A stretch of 64,000 bases of DNA from Candidatus Heimdallarchaeota archaeon (GCA_018238155.1 JABCTZ010000003.1:96001-160000); one strand, 5' to 3'. Shown: positions 1-9,556, numbered from the stretch's first letter. Notes: generated from the letters alone by a model not told the origin. A program made the numbers and translations.

Positions 1-346
1 TATCATCATCATCTTCTTTCAACAATAAGGGTAGGATCTCTTCAGACTTTATTTGACCACCTAAGAATCGCAATCCACCTGCAGCATTTCTTCTTGTCTC
101 GAGATCATTGTCTGTCTTTATTATTTCAAGCAAAGTTGGAAGAATGCCTTTTCCTCCTAAAAGCGAAAGAGACATAACAACCGCTCTTCTAACCTCAACA
201 ATCGTTTCATCTTTAAGGAGAGCTAATAAAAGAGGAACAGCCGATTTTGTCATATTTCTACCAAGCGCTTCAACTGCTGCTCGTCGCTTGTTGGGGTCAG
301 AATCTTTAAGCAAATCAATATTCTTAGCAACATTAAAACTTGGCAT
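1..346 (-). CDS. HEAT/PBS-lyase repeat protein (3' end runs off window)
   Basis: Manual translation from ATG 346: MPSFNVAKNIDLLKDSDPNKRRAAVEALG...EVRRAVVMSL...DLETRRNAAGGL; repeated HEAT_2-type motifs. Not in the ORF track because it is truncated. Confidence 0.8.
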   Translation of the reverse strand, partial: MPSFNVAKNIDLLKDSDPNKRRAAVEALGRNMTKSAVPLLLALLKDETIVEVRRAVVMSLSLLGGKGILPTLLEIIKTDNDLETRRNAAGGLRFLGGQIKSEEILPLLLKEDDDD

Positions 347-535
347 AATAATCATCTGCTAAAATAAAATATACTACACTTTTTTAGTTTATCCTTTGTG
401 ATGCATAATTTAATTCTCTTTTTTAGTCACTGATGATTATTTGGATAAGGAAATCTGCGAAACAAAACTAAACTAACTGCTTTTTTTCTGCCATAATAAC
501 TAATTCAGTTAATCAATAGTTAAGATATATTAAAC

Positions 536-817
536 TTAAGGAAACAGAGGAGGAAAGTCACCCGGTAAATTACCAAACATCTTTACCATAAACACTATTA
601 TGAATATAACAACAACAATAGAAAGAATAAAAAATAATATTTTAAAAATAGTTGAGGTTTTATTACACTCAGGACAAAGCCATCCTCCTCCTCCACCATC
701 TCTACTACTTCGATGAAAAGCATGATCTTTACAAATATCCTTTTTACATCTCACACAGATCATCCTACTTTCATTTTCACAAAATTCACATCTATGATTC
801 GACATTGTAAAATCCAA
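536..817 (-). CDS. Small Zn-finger (B-box-like) membrane protein
   Basis: CxxC...CxxC...CxxH...CxxC followed by one hydrophobic helix. Confidence 0.6.
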   Translation of the reverse strand: MDFTMSNHRCEFCENESRMICVRCKKDICKDHAFHRSSRDGGGGGWLCPECNKTSTIFKILFFILSIVVVIFIIVFMVKMFGNLPGDFPPLFP

Positions 818-954
818 TTAATAATTAATATCGATGATATTTAAAGATAATTAATTTTAAATCCATATTTCATTATTCAAAAAAATGATTAAAGCATAAT
901 TGAAAAAAAATTGTTCTGAAGCAATCTTCAAGATATTTCTAATTATAATATATT

Positions 955-1629
955 CTATGACATAGTAACACATCTTTCAAAAGTAATAATTAATAGTGGT
1001 TGACCAACATTATTACAGATTATCTTGCGTTCGATAGATGTGTGTATCGTAGAAAGAAAATCTCGTCGTTCTAATTCATCTAATTTATGTGTAATAAAGT
1101 AATACCCATCATCAAGTAAACCTGTGTTGTTGATAATTTGTATTTTATCATTAATCAGAGATGGAATATTTGCAATACAATAATATCTGTCATCTGTAGA
1201 ATTGTAATAAGATAGAATCATACTGGAAATAGATAGTTCAGTTGTATTGAATTGAGTCAAGTTATTATTACTAAAAGCACTAAGAGATGCTGAATAGCTT
1301 AGCTCAAACTCTCTAAGTATTCTTCTCACTTTTGTATCTGCTTCTAATAACATCTCAGATATATTGCGTACAATATCATGACCACTTTTAAATTCAACAT
1401 ATGAATAATAACTTGAAGTAGTGCTAATCTTTTCTAAATCATGGATAATTGATTTTTCTTGTACTGTATCATAATTGTAGCTTATATCAATGCTAGGTGG
1501 AGCAGTACTAAAGTACAATCCCAATGGAATACTAACTGTAGGTACCAATATAATTAGAATAGCCAAAACAATGCCCACATATTTGAGTGGGTGCACTTTT
1601 CTTGTCATAATTACTTCTATGACAATCAT
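955..1629 (-). CDS. Hypothetical membrane-anchored/secreted protein
   Basis: 224 aa ORF with an N-terminal hydrophobic helix. Confidence 0.55.
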   Translation of the reverse strand: MIVIEVIMTRKVHPLKYVGIVLAILIILVPTVSIPLGLYFSTAPPSIDISYNYDTVQEKSIIHDLEKISTTSSYYSYVEFKSGHDIVRNISEMLLEADTKVRRILREFELSYSASLSAFSNNNLTQFNTTELSISSMILSYYNSTDDRYYCIANIPSLINDKIQIINNTGLLDDGYYFITHKLDELERRDFLSTIHTSIERKIICNNVGQPLLIITFERCVTMS

Positions 1630-2012
1630 ATTTAAAAGGTAATTTAATTAAGGAAATAGAGGATTACTAGGAAAATTATTCGTGGTTTATACATTTTCAT
1701 TATGAAAAAGAGAAAAGTAAACTCATTTTTACTACTAACGTTTTTGTTGATGGAAATCAAATAATAACTAAAAAAAAGACGGCAAGAATTTGGCACAGAT
1801 AACTGGCTATTCAACATTAGATTGGGAATTTTCGGAAAAAAAACAGGTGACTTCACATTTACAGAAGTAAAACGGGTAAAAGTTTTCGGAGAATTTGGTG
1901 TGGAACTGACATTCATACCTGATCTTGAACATAAATGGAAGAAGGAACTTGTTTGGAGTGCAGGAAGCGATTTACTAGAGAAATAATAGAAACAATTTAC
2001 AAATCAAATATC

Positions 2013-3110
2013 CTATTGCCTTCTTTTATTTTTTAATTCTCGTCTCATAAGCAATAAATCCGTAAACGCTTCTAATCTGGTTTGAAACCCAGCCTCTCCA
2101 GTATGTTCATCCAAAACAAGAGATAAAACCGGCATATCATGTTCTCGACTAACTTGTGGAAAGATACTCCTTGTAATAATCTCTGGCATGCAAGTGAACG
2201 GATAAAGATGGATAATTCCATCCCAGCCTTGTTTTTTATAATTAACAGCATCGCCAAGATTCTGTTGAGTTTCACCACCAACAGTGTGGGGGACATAGGT
2301 CTTTCCCGCACAAATAGCTTTTTCATGATCCATTTTAGCAAAAGGATTTACCTTGTGAGGAAGATCAATAAACTGTCTTAATGAAATAGGTGTTTTGGCT
2401 ATTACTCCAAGATTATTCAAGCTCTTGAAAATATCTAAATTTAAAGAGGGTTCCAAAACAACGTAAATCTCTCCATTAACAATAATTTTCAAAGGCTCTA
2501 AGGTTTTATCAACTTCAACGTTCTCAGAAAACATTTTTGTTATCGTTTTACCTAGCATTCTCAATTTAAACATTCTATCAGTAGCAACTATTTTTTGGAA
2601 TGCTTGTTTAGCAATGCGTTCAGAATCTCCTGTTTCAATTTCGATTGCTCGATATTTACATAAAAGCCTGTCAACTAAATCTGTTAGTCGATTTGTTACC
2701 CACCCATATTGAAAAGCTCTAATTGTTTGGAGGTAGTTTAAACCAACACTAACTTTCTTTGCTTGTCTGATAATATCCAAAGGGCTTTCATAATCAAATT
2801 TAATAAATTTAAAGTCATAACCCAAATCTTCAAGAATAAATTTTTGTGCTTGCCAATAAAACCGAAATCTACAATAACCGCATCCAGCACTCATACCCAA
2901 TTCTGTTGCTCCTCTCTCCAATCCTTCGATAAATGTTCCTAAAGTCATTTTGAAAGGTGTACAAACAAATTCAGGTGAATATCTAGCACCAATTTGAAGA
3001 GTATTCTTACTGGGTTTATTTGGCATGAGAATATCAGTTCGTCCTAACTCACTAAATATTCTTTGAAAGACATATCTAAGGGACCCGAAGGACGGGAATG
3101 TTAACGGCAT
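2013..3110 (-). CDS. 2-hydroxyacyl-CoA dehydratase/activase-related protein
   Basis: SPEFVCTPFK, CGYCRF, PFTCMPE and LDEHTGEAGFQTRLEAF motifs. Confidence 0.8.
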   Translation of the reverse strand: MPLTFPSFGSLRYVFQRIFSELGRTDILMPNKPSKNTLQIGARYSPEFVCTPFKMTLGTFIEGLERGATELGMSAGCGYCRFRFYWQAQKFILEDLGYDFKFIKFDYESPLDIIRQAKKVSVGLNYLQTIRAFQYGWVTNRLTDLVDRLLCKYRAIEIETGDSERIAKQAFQKIVATDRMFKLRMLGKTITKMFSENVEVDKTLEPLKIIVNGEIYVVLEPSLNLDIFKSLNNLGVIAKTPISLRQFIDLPHKVNPFAKMDHEKAICAGKTYVPHTVGGETQQNLGDAVNYKKQGWDGIIHLYPFTCMPEIITRSIFPQVSREHDMPVLSLVLDEHTGEAGFQTRLEAFTDLLLMRRELKNKRRQ

Positions 3111-4101
3111 TTATTTCTTTCCTCCTCTGAAGCATGTCAATAAATGCTTCTAATCTTGTTTTTAATCCTGCTTCTGCAGTCAAATCATCTAAAACAAGCT
3201 GTAATATTTGGATATTGGGCATTCGTTTAGAAAACCTCATAGCCAAATCTCCGACTAAAGAATCAGGACCACAACCAAAAACCATTAAATGAATTATTCC
3301 ATCAACTGACTCTTTCTCAAGAAAATACATTATTGATCCAAGAATTTCTCGCTCAAAATCGAAATAGAGTCTATTCTCTAAGATAGATAATTGTTGATTA
3401 ATAATCGATCTTGGTATCTGTTCAGAAGTAATGACATTAACTCCAAAATTCTTAAGCTTCTTTCTGATATCTAACGAACAGAACTCATCATTAATTACAT
3501 ATGAATGTCCTATTAATGCAATTTTTAGAGGTTTTTCGCCGGGAATTTTTTCCGGTTTAGCATTAAGATGAAAATCATCCCTTGCTTCCCACTCAGTCAA
3601 TGTATCCAAATTAATAATCAAATCTTCATAATGTTGTTTATAGACCTTTATTGCTTTTCTGAAAGCTGTAATGAGTCTGAAAGGATTTTTAGTAAAGATT
3701 AAACCAACCTTGAGTGCTTTGAGAAAGAAAGTTATTTTATTATCTCGACCCTTGGCTATGTTATAATGAGGCATGATAATCGTAGGAAGATCAGGAAACA
3801 TAGAACGTAAAACATCAGCCAAGCCAATAAATTTAGGACAACCCATATCGGTTTTATGTTTGCTCCCAAAACGAGGGATAAAGAGAAAATCAACATCATC
3901 CTTTAGTTCTAAAACATGACCAAAGAAGATTTTAGTTGAATAACAATCCTCGTCAGGTGCAATTGCAATTGCCTTTTCCCTTATCTGTTTATTAGTTAAA
4001 GGTGAAACTACAACTTCAGCTCCTAATTGCTTGAAGAAAGTATCCCACATAGGGAAAAATTTGTAGTAAATCAGTGCACGGGGTATACCCACTCGTTTCA
4101 T
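3076..4101 (-). CDS. Acyl-CoA dehydratase activase-related protein (DUF2229-like)
   Basis: MKRVGIPRAL, CPKFIGL, FGCGPDS, EAGLKTRLEAF; overlaps the downstream partner gene. Confidence 0.8.
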   Translation of the reverse strand: MKRVGIPRALIYYKFFPMWDTFFKQLGAEVVVSPLTNKQIREKAIAIAPDEDCYSTKIFFGHVLELKDDVDFLFIPRFGSKHKTDMGCPKFIGLADVLRSMFPDLPTIIMPHYNIAKGRDNKITFFLKALKVGLIFTKNPFRLITAFRKAIKVYKQHYEDLIINLDTLTEWEARDDFHLNAKPEKIPGEKPLKIALIGHSYVINDEFCSLDIRKKLKNFGVNVITSEQIPRSIINQQLSILENRLYFDFEREILGSIMYFLEKESVDGIIHLMVFGCGPDSLVGDLAMRFSKRMPNIQILQLVLDDLTAEAGLKTRLEAFIDMLQRRKEINAVNIPVLRVP

Positions 4102-4390
4102 TGGTATTAATCCTCTTACGGTTTTTTCAAATTATTCTTTAAAATAATGTGCCACATAATTTCAATGGAGTTAAAAAAGGTATTTTATATAATCAAATTC
4201 TTACTAGTACTTGTCATGAGATTTCAAATTAGTTATCCTATAATTAAATCGAAATCAGAAAAAATTTTGTTTTAGTGGAGCAAATGAAGTGCATTATGAA
4301 GTAGCTTTACAATATTCAAACGGTTCAATAGTTGATTTTTTTTATGAATAATTAGGATAGAGAACACTTGGTTAAAAAAAGGGTGAGAAA

Positions 4391-4940
4391 TTGAGCAGAG
4401 AAAGTGAAAGGGAAAAATATCTTGAAACAATTCAACCTTTCATTGGTAAATTTCTAAAATTGTTGCTACAACAGATAATTGGAATGAATCTAAATTTATT
4501 CTCGATTTACTTCAAGAATTAGAGAAAGAGCACCAAGATTTTATTACTCCATTTCTATTTTTATAGAACTCTTACTGTCAATAATTCTGGGGCTGAATTT
4601 TGAACAAGAGGTGTTTCAGATACTCTCAGTTGAAGGATTTGACATAGCACAAAATCTAGTTATTTGTTATAATAATCGCAGAATGGAATTAGATATGATA
4701 GTTTTTCAAGATGAAGAATTGATGGTCATAAGTTGTAGAAATGCTGTAAATGTAAATTGCCTTAGTAGCTTTAAATCAGATATCAAGCAAAAAGCACATA
4801 AGATAGAATATCGAATGCGATTGCTAAATGCAGCTTCTGCTCGACTGTATATCAAAGTGACCAAAGAGAATTATGATCAATTAGTTGAATTCGAAGGAAC
4901 TTGGGTAAATTCGGTAGAAATAATATTTATTGTTATTTAA
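4391..4940 (+). pseudogene. Frameshifted PD-(D/E)xK nuclease-like gene
   Basis: Removing one T from the run near 4598-4601 (GGG GCT GAA TTT t GAA CAA GAG GTG) gives GAEFEQEVFQIL joined to ELDMIV...LMVISCRN; further breaks upstream. Confidence 0.5.
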
Positions 4941-5012
4941 ATTAATTTCTTTATATTTAATAGGATAGAAAAAAGATTTAAATAATTAATATTCTCTGCA
5001 TACATAAGCATA

Positions 5013-5152
5013 GGGCCGTTAGCTCAGCTTGGTAGAGCAATAGGCTCATAAGGCTTGCACTTGCGAGTTCCTGCCTGATGATACCTATTGGTCACTGGTT
5101 CAAGGGATACAAATTGCGATTTGTATCTGAACAAATCCTGTACGGCCCACCA
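5013..5152 (+). tRNA. tRNA with CAU anticodon (probably Ile2, else elongator Met), two introns: 5051-5082 (37/38) and 5104-5134 (58/59)
   Basis: Acceptor GGGCCGT/ACGGCCC, D-stem GCTC/GAGC, anticodon stem ATAGG/CCTAT with loop CT-CAT-AA, T-loop TTCAA|AT, encoded CCA. The second intron has BHB helix GTTC/GAAC with AA|G and AA|A bulges and hairpin GATACAAAT-tgcg-ATTTGTATC. The GGGCC start resembles archaeal tRNA-Ile. Confidence 0.9.
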
Positions 5153-5233
5153 TTTTCTTCTTGTTTTGATACAAAATCTGTGTTCTATTTTCATTACTGG
5201 TCGTGTGAGATTGATGGTTGTGTTCCCTTTTTC

Positions 5234-5262
5234 CGCGAATTCAAATCGCGCTGGGCCCACCA
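5234..5262 (+). repeat. tRNA 3'-end fragment, type B (different tRNA)
   Basis: TTCAAAT-CGCGC-TGGGCCC-A-CCA. Confidence 0.8.
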
Positions 5263-5284
5263 AATTCTTACTTTTTATTTTATA

Positions 5285-6361
5285 TCAAGATGTTTCTTTA
5301 ATCCCATCTTTACCGTTTTTATACTTCTTTTCTTCAATGGTAATTTGTTTTTCGAGTTTATTCATTTGTTCAATTGCTAAATTTATATTATCAACTAAAA
5401 CTAATCCATTTGTAAGACACTCTTCAGCACACCATTTCCCTGCAATTATTAAGTAAGGTTTCATAAATTCGGTGATTTTCTTAATCTTTTGGATGTAATT
5501 GTTGATTTGTTTCTTAATTGCATTAAAGATTAATTCTCTACTTTTGTCCCAAATTAATAATGATACAAAAACAATACCTAGGATTATTTTCCATTCATTT
5601 GGTAATGCAGAAACAAAATCATAACCTTTCTTTAGAATATTGACAATTTTATCAATAAACGATATAATAAAAACTAATAATCCCCCAATTATTAATGCTC
5701 CCAATTCAAATGTTAAAATTCCTAATAAGGGGATACTTGTAGCAAGTATTACAAAAGAAGCTGATCCTTGTTGGTAAATACTAACTATTTCACAAGATTC
5801 CTTTGTACCTTTCCATGATTTTACACCATCAAGATCGAGCATATCCTTATCTGTTGTTATTATCGCATGTTTTCCTAATTTCAAGAAAAGAGCTACATAC
5901 TCTACATCTTCTTTATCTCTTTCAGCTATCATAGCTTCTGCTTTTTGATAAGCTACGTCATCATCTAAATTTTGATATGTGATCTTGGTTAAAAATTTGG
6001 AAGCTATAACTTCAATTTCTTTGGTATCTTTATTACAATATTCAGCGATACTTTCAATGTGTTTGTTAATCTCATTTTTTATTTTATCAGGTGCTACACC
6101 TAAAACAAATGGTGATTCAAGTAATTCCAATAGAAACGAATGATTATATTTTACATAGGCTCTAATATGCTTATTTAAAATGCTTGCATCGATAATGATT
6201 TGCAATGATATGTTTTGACCCATTTCCAAAATATTGTCTTCAAAAAAACCTTTGATTTGTTCCATAATACTTAGATCTATGTGTTTTACTATTTCCTTAA
6301 TTATCTCTTTTCTATTGTCAAATTTCTTTCTAATTCGTTCCCAATCCTTTTCGTTAAACAT
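5285..6361 (-). CDS. PIN-domain protein with C-terminal transmembrane helices
   Basis: IIIDASIL, DKEDVEYVAL and IITTDKD acidic PIN motifs; 2-3 hydrophobic segments after the domain. Confidence 0.7.
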   Translation of the reverse strand: MFNEKDWERIRKKFDNRKEIIKEIVKHIDLSIMEQIKGFFEDNILEMGQNISLQIIIDASILNKHIRAYVKYNHSFLLELLESPFVLGVAPDKIKNEINKHIESIAEYCNKDTKEIEVIASKFLTKITYQNLDDDVAYQKAEAMIAERDKEDVEYVALFLKLGKHAIITTDKDMLDLDGVKSWKGTKESCEIVSIYQQGSASFVILATSIPLLGILTFELGALIIGGLLVFIISFIDKIVNILKKGYDFVSALPNEWKIILGIVFVSLLIWDKSRELIFNAIKKQINNYIQKIKKITEFMKPYLIIAGKWCAEECLTNGLVLVDNINLAIEQMNKLEKQITIEEKKYKNGKDGIKETS

Positions 6362-6444
6362 TTTATCTCAAATCCTTTCCCAGTTTTTCTACACATTTCT
6401 AGCATAAAAAACCTTTCGAGATATTACATTCCATAAAATAAGTG

Positions 6445-6478
6445 TTGGTCACTGGTTCAAATCCTGTACAGCCCACCA
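6445..6478 (+). repeat. tRNA(CAU) 3'-end fragment, type A, intron-less
   Basis: TTGGTCACTGGTTCAAATCCTGTACAGCCCACCA, 33/34 identical to the spliced tRNA. Confidence 0.95.
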
Positions 6479-6497
6479 CTTCATATTTATGAAGAAA

Positions 6498-6746
6498 CTA
6501 AATATCTGAAATTATTTCTTTAATTTCTGCATGAGAGGGAATTCCCTCAAACTTTATTTCACCATCTACAACAATAGATGGTACTGCTTTAATGTTATAC
6601 TTCTTTGCTAATACAACAGCATCAGCTGATTGATTTAAATTATATTCAATGACCTGACATTTTTCACATATTGCTTCTTTTAGTTGTCTTAATGCTGTTT
6701 GGCAAAGAGAACAACCCGCTGTGAATATCTCAAATTTATGACCCAT
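6498..6746 (-). CDS. Glutaredoxin/thioredoxin-like protein
   Basis: CSLC active site, AVPSIVVDG motif. Confidence 0.85.
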   Translation of the reverse strand: MGHKFEIFTAGCSLCQTALRQLKEAICEKCQVIEYNLNQSADAVVLAKKYNIKAVPSIVVDGEIKFEGIPSHAEIKEIISDI

Positions 6747-6847
6747 TAGTGAAAGTCTCCATTATGCTTGGTTACTAAAAGTAACTAAGTTTACATAAGT
6801 ATTTAAATTGGTGGTTTCCAAGTAGAAACAAAGTATTCAGATGGAAA

Positions 6848-7225
6848 GTGATTCCGATTAAAGAGGAAAAAATAATTTGTCCATTATGCAATATTATGAA
6901 TATTGTTAGTAAAAAATGGTCTTTACTTATAGTTAATACAATAGGCAATACTGCAACAATTAGGTTTAGTGAAATAAAGAGAAATCTGCGAACGATAAAT
7001 TCCAAAGTTTTATCTGATAGATTAAAAGAGCTCGTACAAGCAGAGATCATAAACAGGAAATCAAAAGACTCAGTACCACCACATGTTGAATACTCTTTAA
7101 CTGATAAAGGAAAATCATTACGCAAAGCAATAATGCCACTTCTTGATTGGTTTTATTCCTACAATGAGAAAGGAAGAATAACCCCATGCGATATAGCATA
7201 TCAGATTGAAAGGGTTGAGAAATGA
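6848..7225 (+). CDS. HxlR-family winged-helix regulator
   Basis: CP...KKWSLLIV...RFSEIKR...LSDRLKEL...PPHVEYSLTDKG. Confidence 0.9.
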   Translation: MIPIKEEKIICPLCNIMNIVSKKWSLLIVNTIGNTATIRFSEIKRNLRTINSKVLSDRLKELVQAEIINRKSKDSVPPHVEYSLTDKGKSLRKAIMPLLDWFYSYNEKGRITPCDIAYQIERVEK

Positions 7226-7375
7226 AATCACTATCCCTACCCGACGAAAAAAGTATATCATATTTTGGCATGTTGATTTTTCCTAGTAATCATTGAGCAT
7301 TAAATTTCAAAACATTAATAGTATCTTTGTAGATAAAGTCGACTTCATAACTGATCGATTTAAGTAACAATTCTG

Positions 7376-7409
7376 TTGATCACTGCTTCAAATTCTGTAC
7401 GGTCCACCA
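7376..7409 (+). repeat. tRNA(CAU) 3'-end fragment, type A, intron-less
   Basis: TTGATCACTGCTTCAAATTCTGTACGGTCCACCA, 30/34 identical to the spliced tRNA. Confidence 0.9.
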
Positions 7410-7421
7410 GTTTTTTCCTTT

Positions 7422-8048
7422 CTAGGTTTTTTGCACAATGTAATCTATTGTGATACTTTGGCATTGTTTCTCATTGTGAACGTAACCAAAGCTTGTTATT
7501 CCTTTGTGAAGTAGTTTTAATCCAGTAAAGAGTTCATCCGCTTCATCAATGTTATAAAAGGAATGAAAAGTATCTTCAAATCCATATTTACCTGCTTTTG
7601 AGATATCTAGCATTTCATTATCGCCAATATCTTTTCCCTCTTTTATGAAAGCTGAATCAGTTGATTGAAAATTAATGTACAGTAAACCACCTTTCTTTAG
7701 CACTCGAAGCATTTCTTTGACCGCTTTTTTAGTACCTGCTTTCGTAAGATGCTCAATCGTGTTATAAGAATATGCGAAACTAAATGACTCATCTTCATAT
7801 GACAATTCTCGTATATCTGCTTTAATTATTTTATAATCAAGGTTATTTTCTTCTGCATATTTTTGTGCTCTCTCTCTCTGAGTATCAGAAATTTCCACTC
7901 CGTGTGCTTCATACCCTCGTTCACCAAAGACTGTTATTTTAGGCTCGGATCCACCAGCACCACAATCCAAAATCCTTTTTTCAAAATCACTTTTTTCTGT
8001 GAATTCCAAAAATCTCTCTATTTCTTGTGGGATAGTAAAAGTAACCAT
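7422..8048 (-). CDS. Class I SAM-dependent methyltransferase
   Basis: ILDCGAGG motif I, GVEIS, ADIREL, RVLKKGG. Confidence 0.9.
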   Translation of the reverse strand: MVTFTIPQEIERFLEFTEKSDFEKRILDCGAGGSEPKITVFGERGYEAHGVEISDTQRERAQKYAEENNLDYKIIKADIRELSYEDESFSFAYSYNTIEHLTKAGTKKAVKEMLRVLKKGGLLYINFQSTDSAFIKEGKDIGDNEMLDISKAGKYGFEDTFHSFYNIDEADELFTGLKLLHKGITSFGYVHNEKQCQSITIDYIVQKT

Positions 8049-8098
8049 AATCCATTATTTAGACTGGTAAATTATTAAATATTTTACAACTCTTGAAA

Positions 8099-8126
8099 AC
8101 TGGTTCAAATCCTGTACGACCCACCA
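8099..8126 (+). repeat. tRNA(CAU) 3'-end fragment, type A, intron-less
   Basis: ACTGGTTCAAATCCTGTACGACCCACCA, 27/28 identical to the spliced tRNA. Confidence 0.93.
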
Positions 8127-8283
8127 CTTCTTCTATTAATACCGACAAAGATAATCACGTTACAAAAAAAGCAACCGATTTTTTTATATAAAACCTTGAA
8201 ATAGGAAGTTTGTGAATAGTAGCAACTAATTTTTCTCTCTATAATACTGATTATTACAATTCAAACTTCAGAATGCTCTCTGA

Positions 8284-8508
8284 TTACTTAGCTAATTTGA
8301 AAAACTCTTCTTTTGATAATTTGGAATCGTTGATGATTTTTAACAGTAGGCCTTTTCCTAATGTTTCTCCTTTGTGATCTGGAACTACAATTAATCTGCC
8401 GTCTGGGTGTTTTAAAATTACATGACTTCCTTTTCTTCGAGTAACCACAAAACCGATTTTTGTTAAAGTTTTAATAACTTTTGTTGCTGTTAGAGGTTTC
8501 AGTTTCAT
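8284..8508 (-). CDS. hicA: HicA-family toxin (mRNA interferase)
   Basis: GFVVTRRKGSHVILKH...VVPDH...LGKGLLLKI. Confidence 0.92.
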   Translation of the reverse strand: MKLKPLTATKVIKTLTKIGFVVTRRKGSHVILKHPDGRLIVVPDHKGETLGKGLLLKIINDSKLSKEEFFKLAK

Positions 8509-8810
8509 TCAATTGGAACCTCTATGAATTGAATGCCTACAAAATCCTTTTGTAAATTTCTTTTGAATTCAGAATCAACAGTTTCCAAATAAAGATCTAC
8601 TGCTTCTTCCATTCTTTGAATTAATTGATTTAGTGATTTTGCTTGTGTATAACAACCTGGCAGTTCTGGTGCAGAAGCAATAAAATAGCCATCTTGATCT
8701 TTTTCGATTAGAATGGTGATTTTCTTCATATCTGTTGTCATTTCTTTTTTGCTCCTTGATACTATTACCCAAATATAATATATAAATAAGATTATTTCTT
8801 TAGCTAACAT
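8505..8810 (-). CDS. hicB: HicB-family antitoxin (likely start ATG 8729)
   Basis: IEKDQDGYFIASAPELPGCYTQAKS...EAVDLYLE; 4-bp overlap with hicA. Confidence 0.9.
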   Translation of the reverse strand: MLAKEIILFIYYIWVIVSRSKKEMTTDMKKITILIEKDQDGYFIASAPELPGCYTQAKSLNQLIQRMEEAVDLYLETVDSEFKRNLQKDFVGIQFIEVPIE

Positions 8811-8993
8811 TTTTTATCTATTTATGCCTATCTTTACCTAAATGACTTTCAAATTTTTTATGTAGGGTATTTAGAAGAAGTTGGACACTCCTTTCAATCT
8901 TGTTAGCAAATAAAACTGACACTTTCTTTTTCAGATAATGCTGCAAGAGAACTCCCGTCACTTGAGCGCGTGAAGTTTAGTGTTGTTTTCCCT

Positions 8994-9023
8994 TTGGTCA
9001 CTGGTTCAAATCCTGTACACCCA
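8994..9023 (+). repeat. tRNA(CAU) 3'-end fragment, type A, intron-less, acceptor strand shortened
   Basis: TTGGTCACTGGTTCAAATCCTGTAC (25/25 identical) then ACCCA. Confidence 0.9.
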
Positions 9024-9254
9024 TGAAATTCTCTCTTGAAAGAGCTATTTTCGAATAATAATTGGTAAAGCTATATGAGCTATAGTTTTATAAAGGATGG
9101 ATAAAAGTCTTCTATTGTATACATTTAATGAAACATTGAGTTAGGAATGAATAAATTTTTGGTAATTAGTAACTTTCAAGTTTGAATTCTCAAATCTTAT
9201 CTTTTAATTTCTTTGCAATATTTAATGTATAACAAAATAACAAGTGAATCAAAA

Positions 9255-9407
9255 ATGATTAACGGCTATAACCGCGAACCAAGAGAAATGCACAAAGTTA
9301 CTTGTGCCGAATGTGGAATTGAGACTGAAGTACCCTTCAAACCTGATGGCGAACGACCTGTTTACTGTCGCGACTGCTACCAAAAGCGCAAACCAAGTAG
9401 ATATTAG
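9255..9407 (+). CDS. CxxC-x17-CxxC zinc-binding domain protein
   Basis: REMHKVTCAECG..TEVPFKPDGERPVYCRDCY. Confidence 0.9.
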   Translation: MINGYNREPREMHKVTCAECGIETEVPFKPDGERPVYCRDCYQKRKPSRY

Positions 9408-9505
9408 AATTAACTAATCTACGAATCATTCCTAGTTGAATTATAATTCATTTTATATTTCAAACTAGTTTTTTTTTATTATTAGCTTTAATTTAATACA
9501 AGGTT

Positions 9506-9533
9506 GACTGCTCAAATCGTACTGGGCAAGCCA
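9506..9533 (+). repeat. Degenerate tRNA 3'-end fragment, type B
   Basis: cTCAAAT-CGtaC-TGGGCaa-g-CCA versus TTCAAAT-CGCGC-TGGGCCC-A-CCA. Confidence 0.6.
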
Positions 9534-9556
9534 GTTTACTTTTGATTCTCCAAAAG

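Noticed and set aside
108-362. Plus-strand 84-aa ORF
   Set aside because: Antisense shadow of the HEAT-repeat gene on the minus strand.
5024-5456. ORF-track ORFs 5024-5263, 5078-5380 and 5088-5456
   Set aside because: They overlap the tRNA and the PIN gene; these are shadow frames.
8946-8975. GAGAACTCCCGTCACTTGAGCGCGTGAAG as an IS200/IS605 end hairpin
   Set aside because: Only a vague resemblance with imperfect pairing, and no tnpA/tnpB nearby.
6445-9023. Repeats interpreted as split-tRNA 3' halves for trans-splicing
   Set aside because: They begin after the anticodon stem at variable points, carry stem-breaking substitutions and lack GC-rich complementary leader sequences; an intact gene exists.
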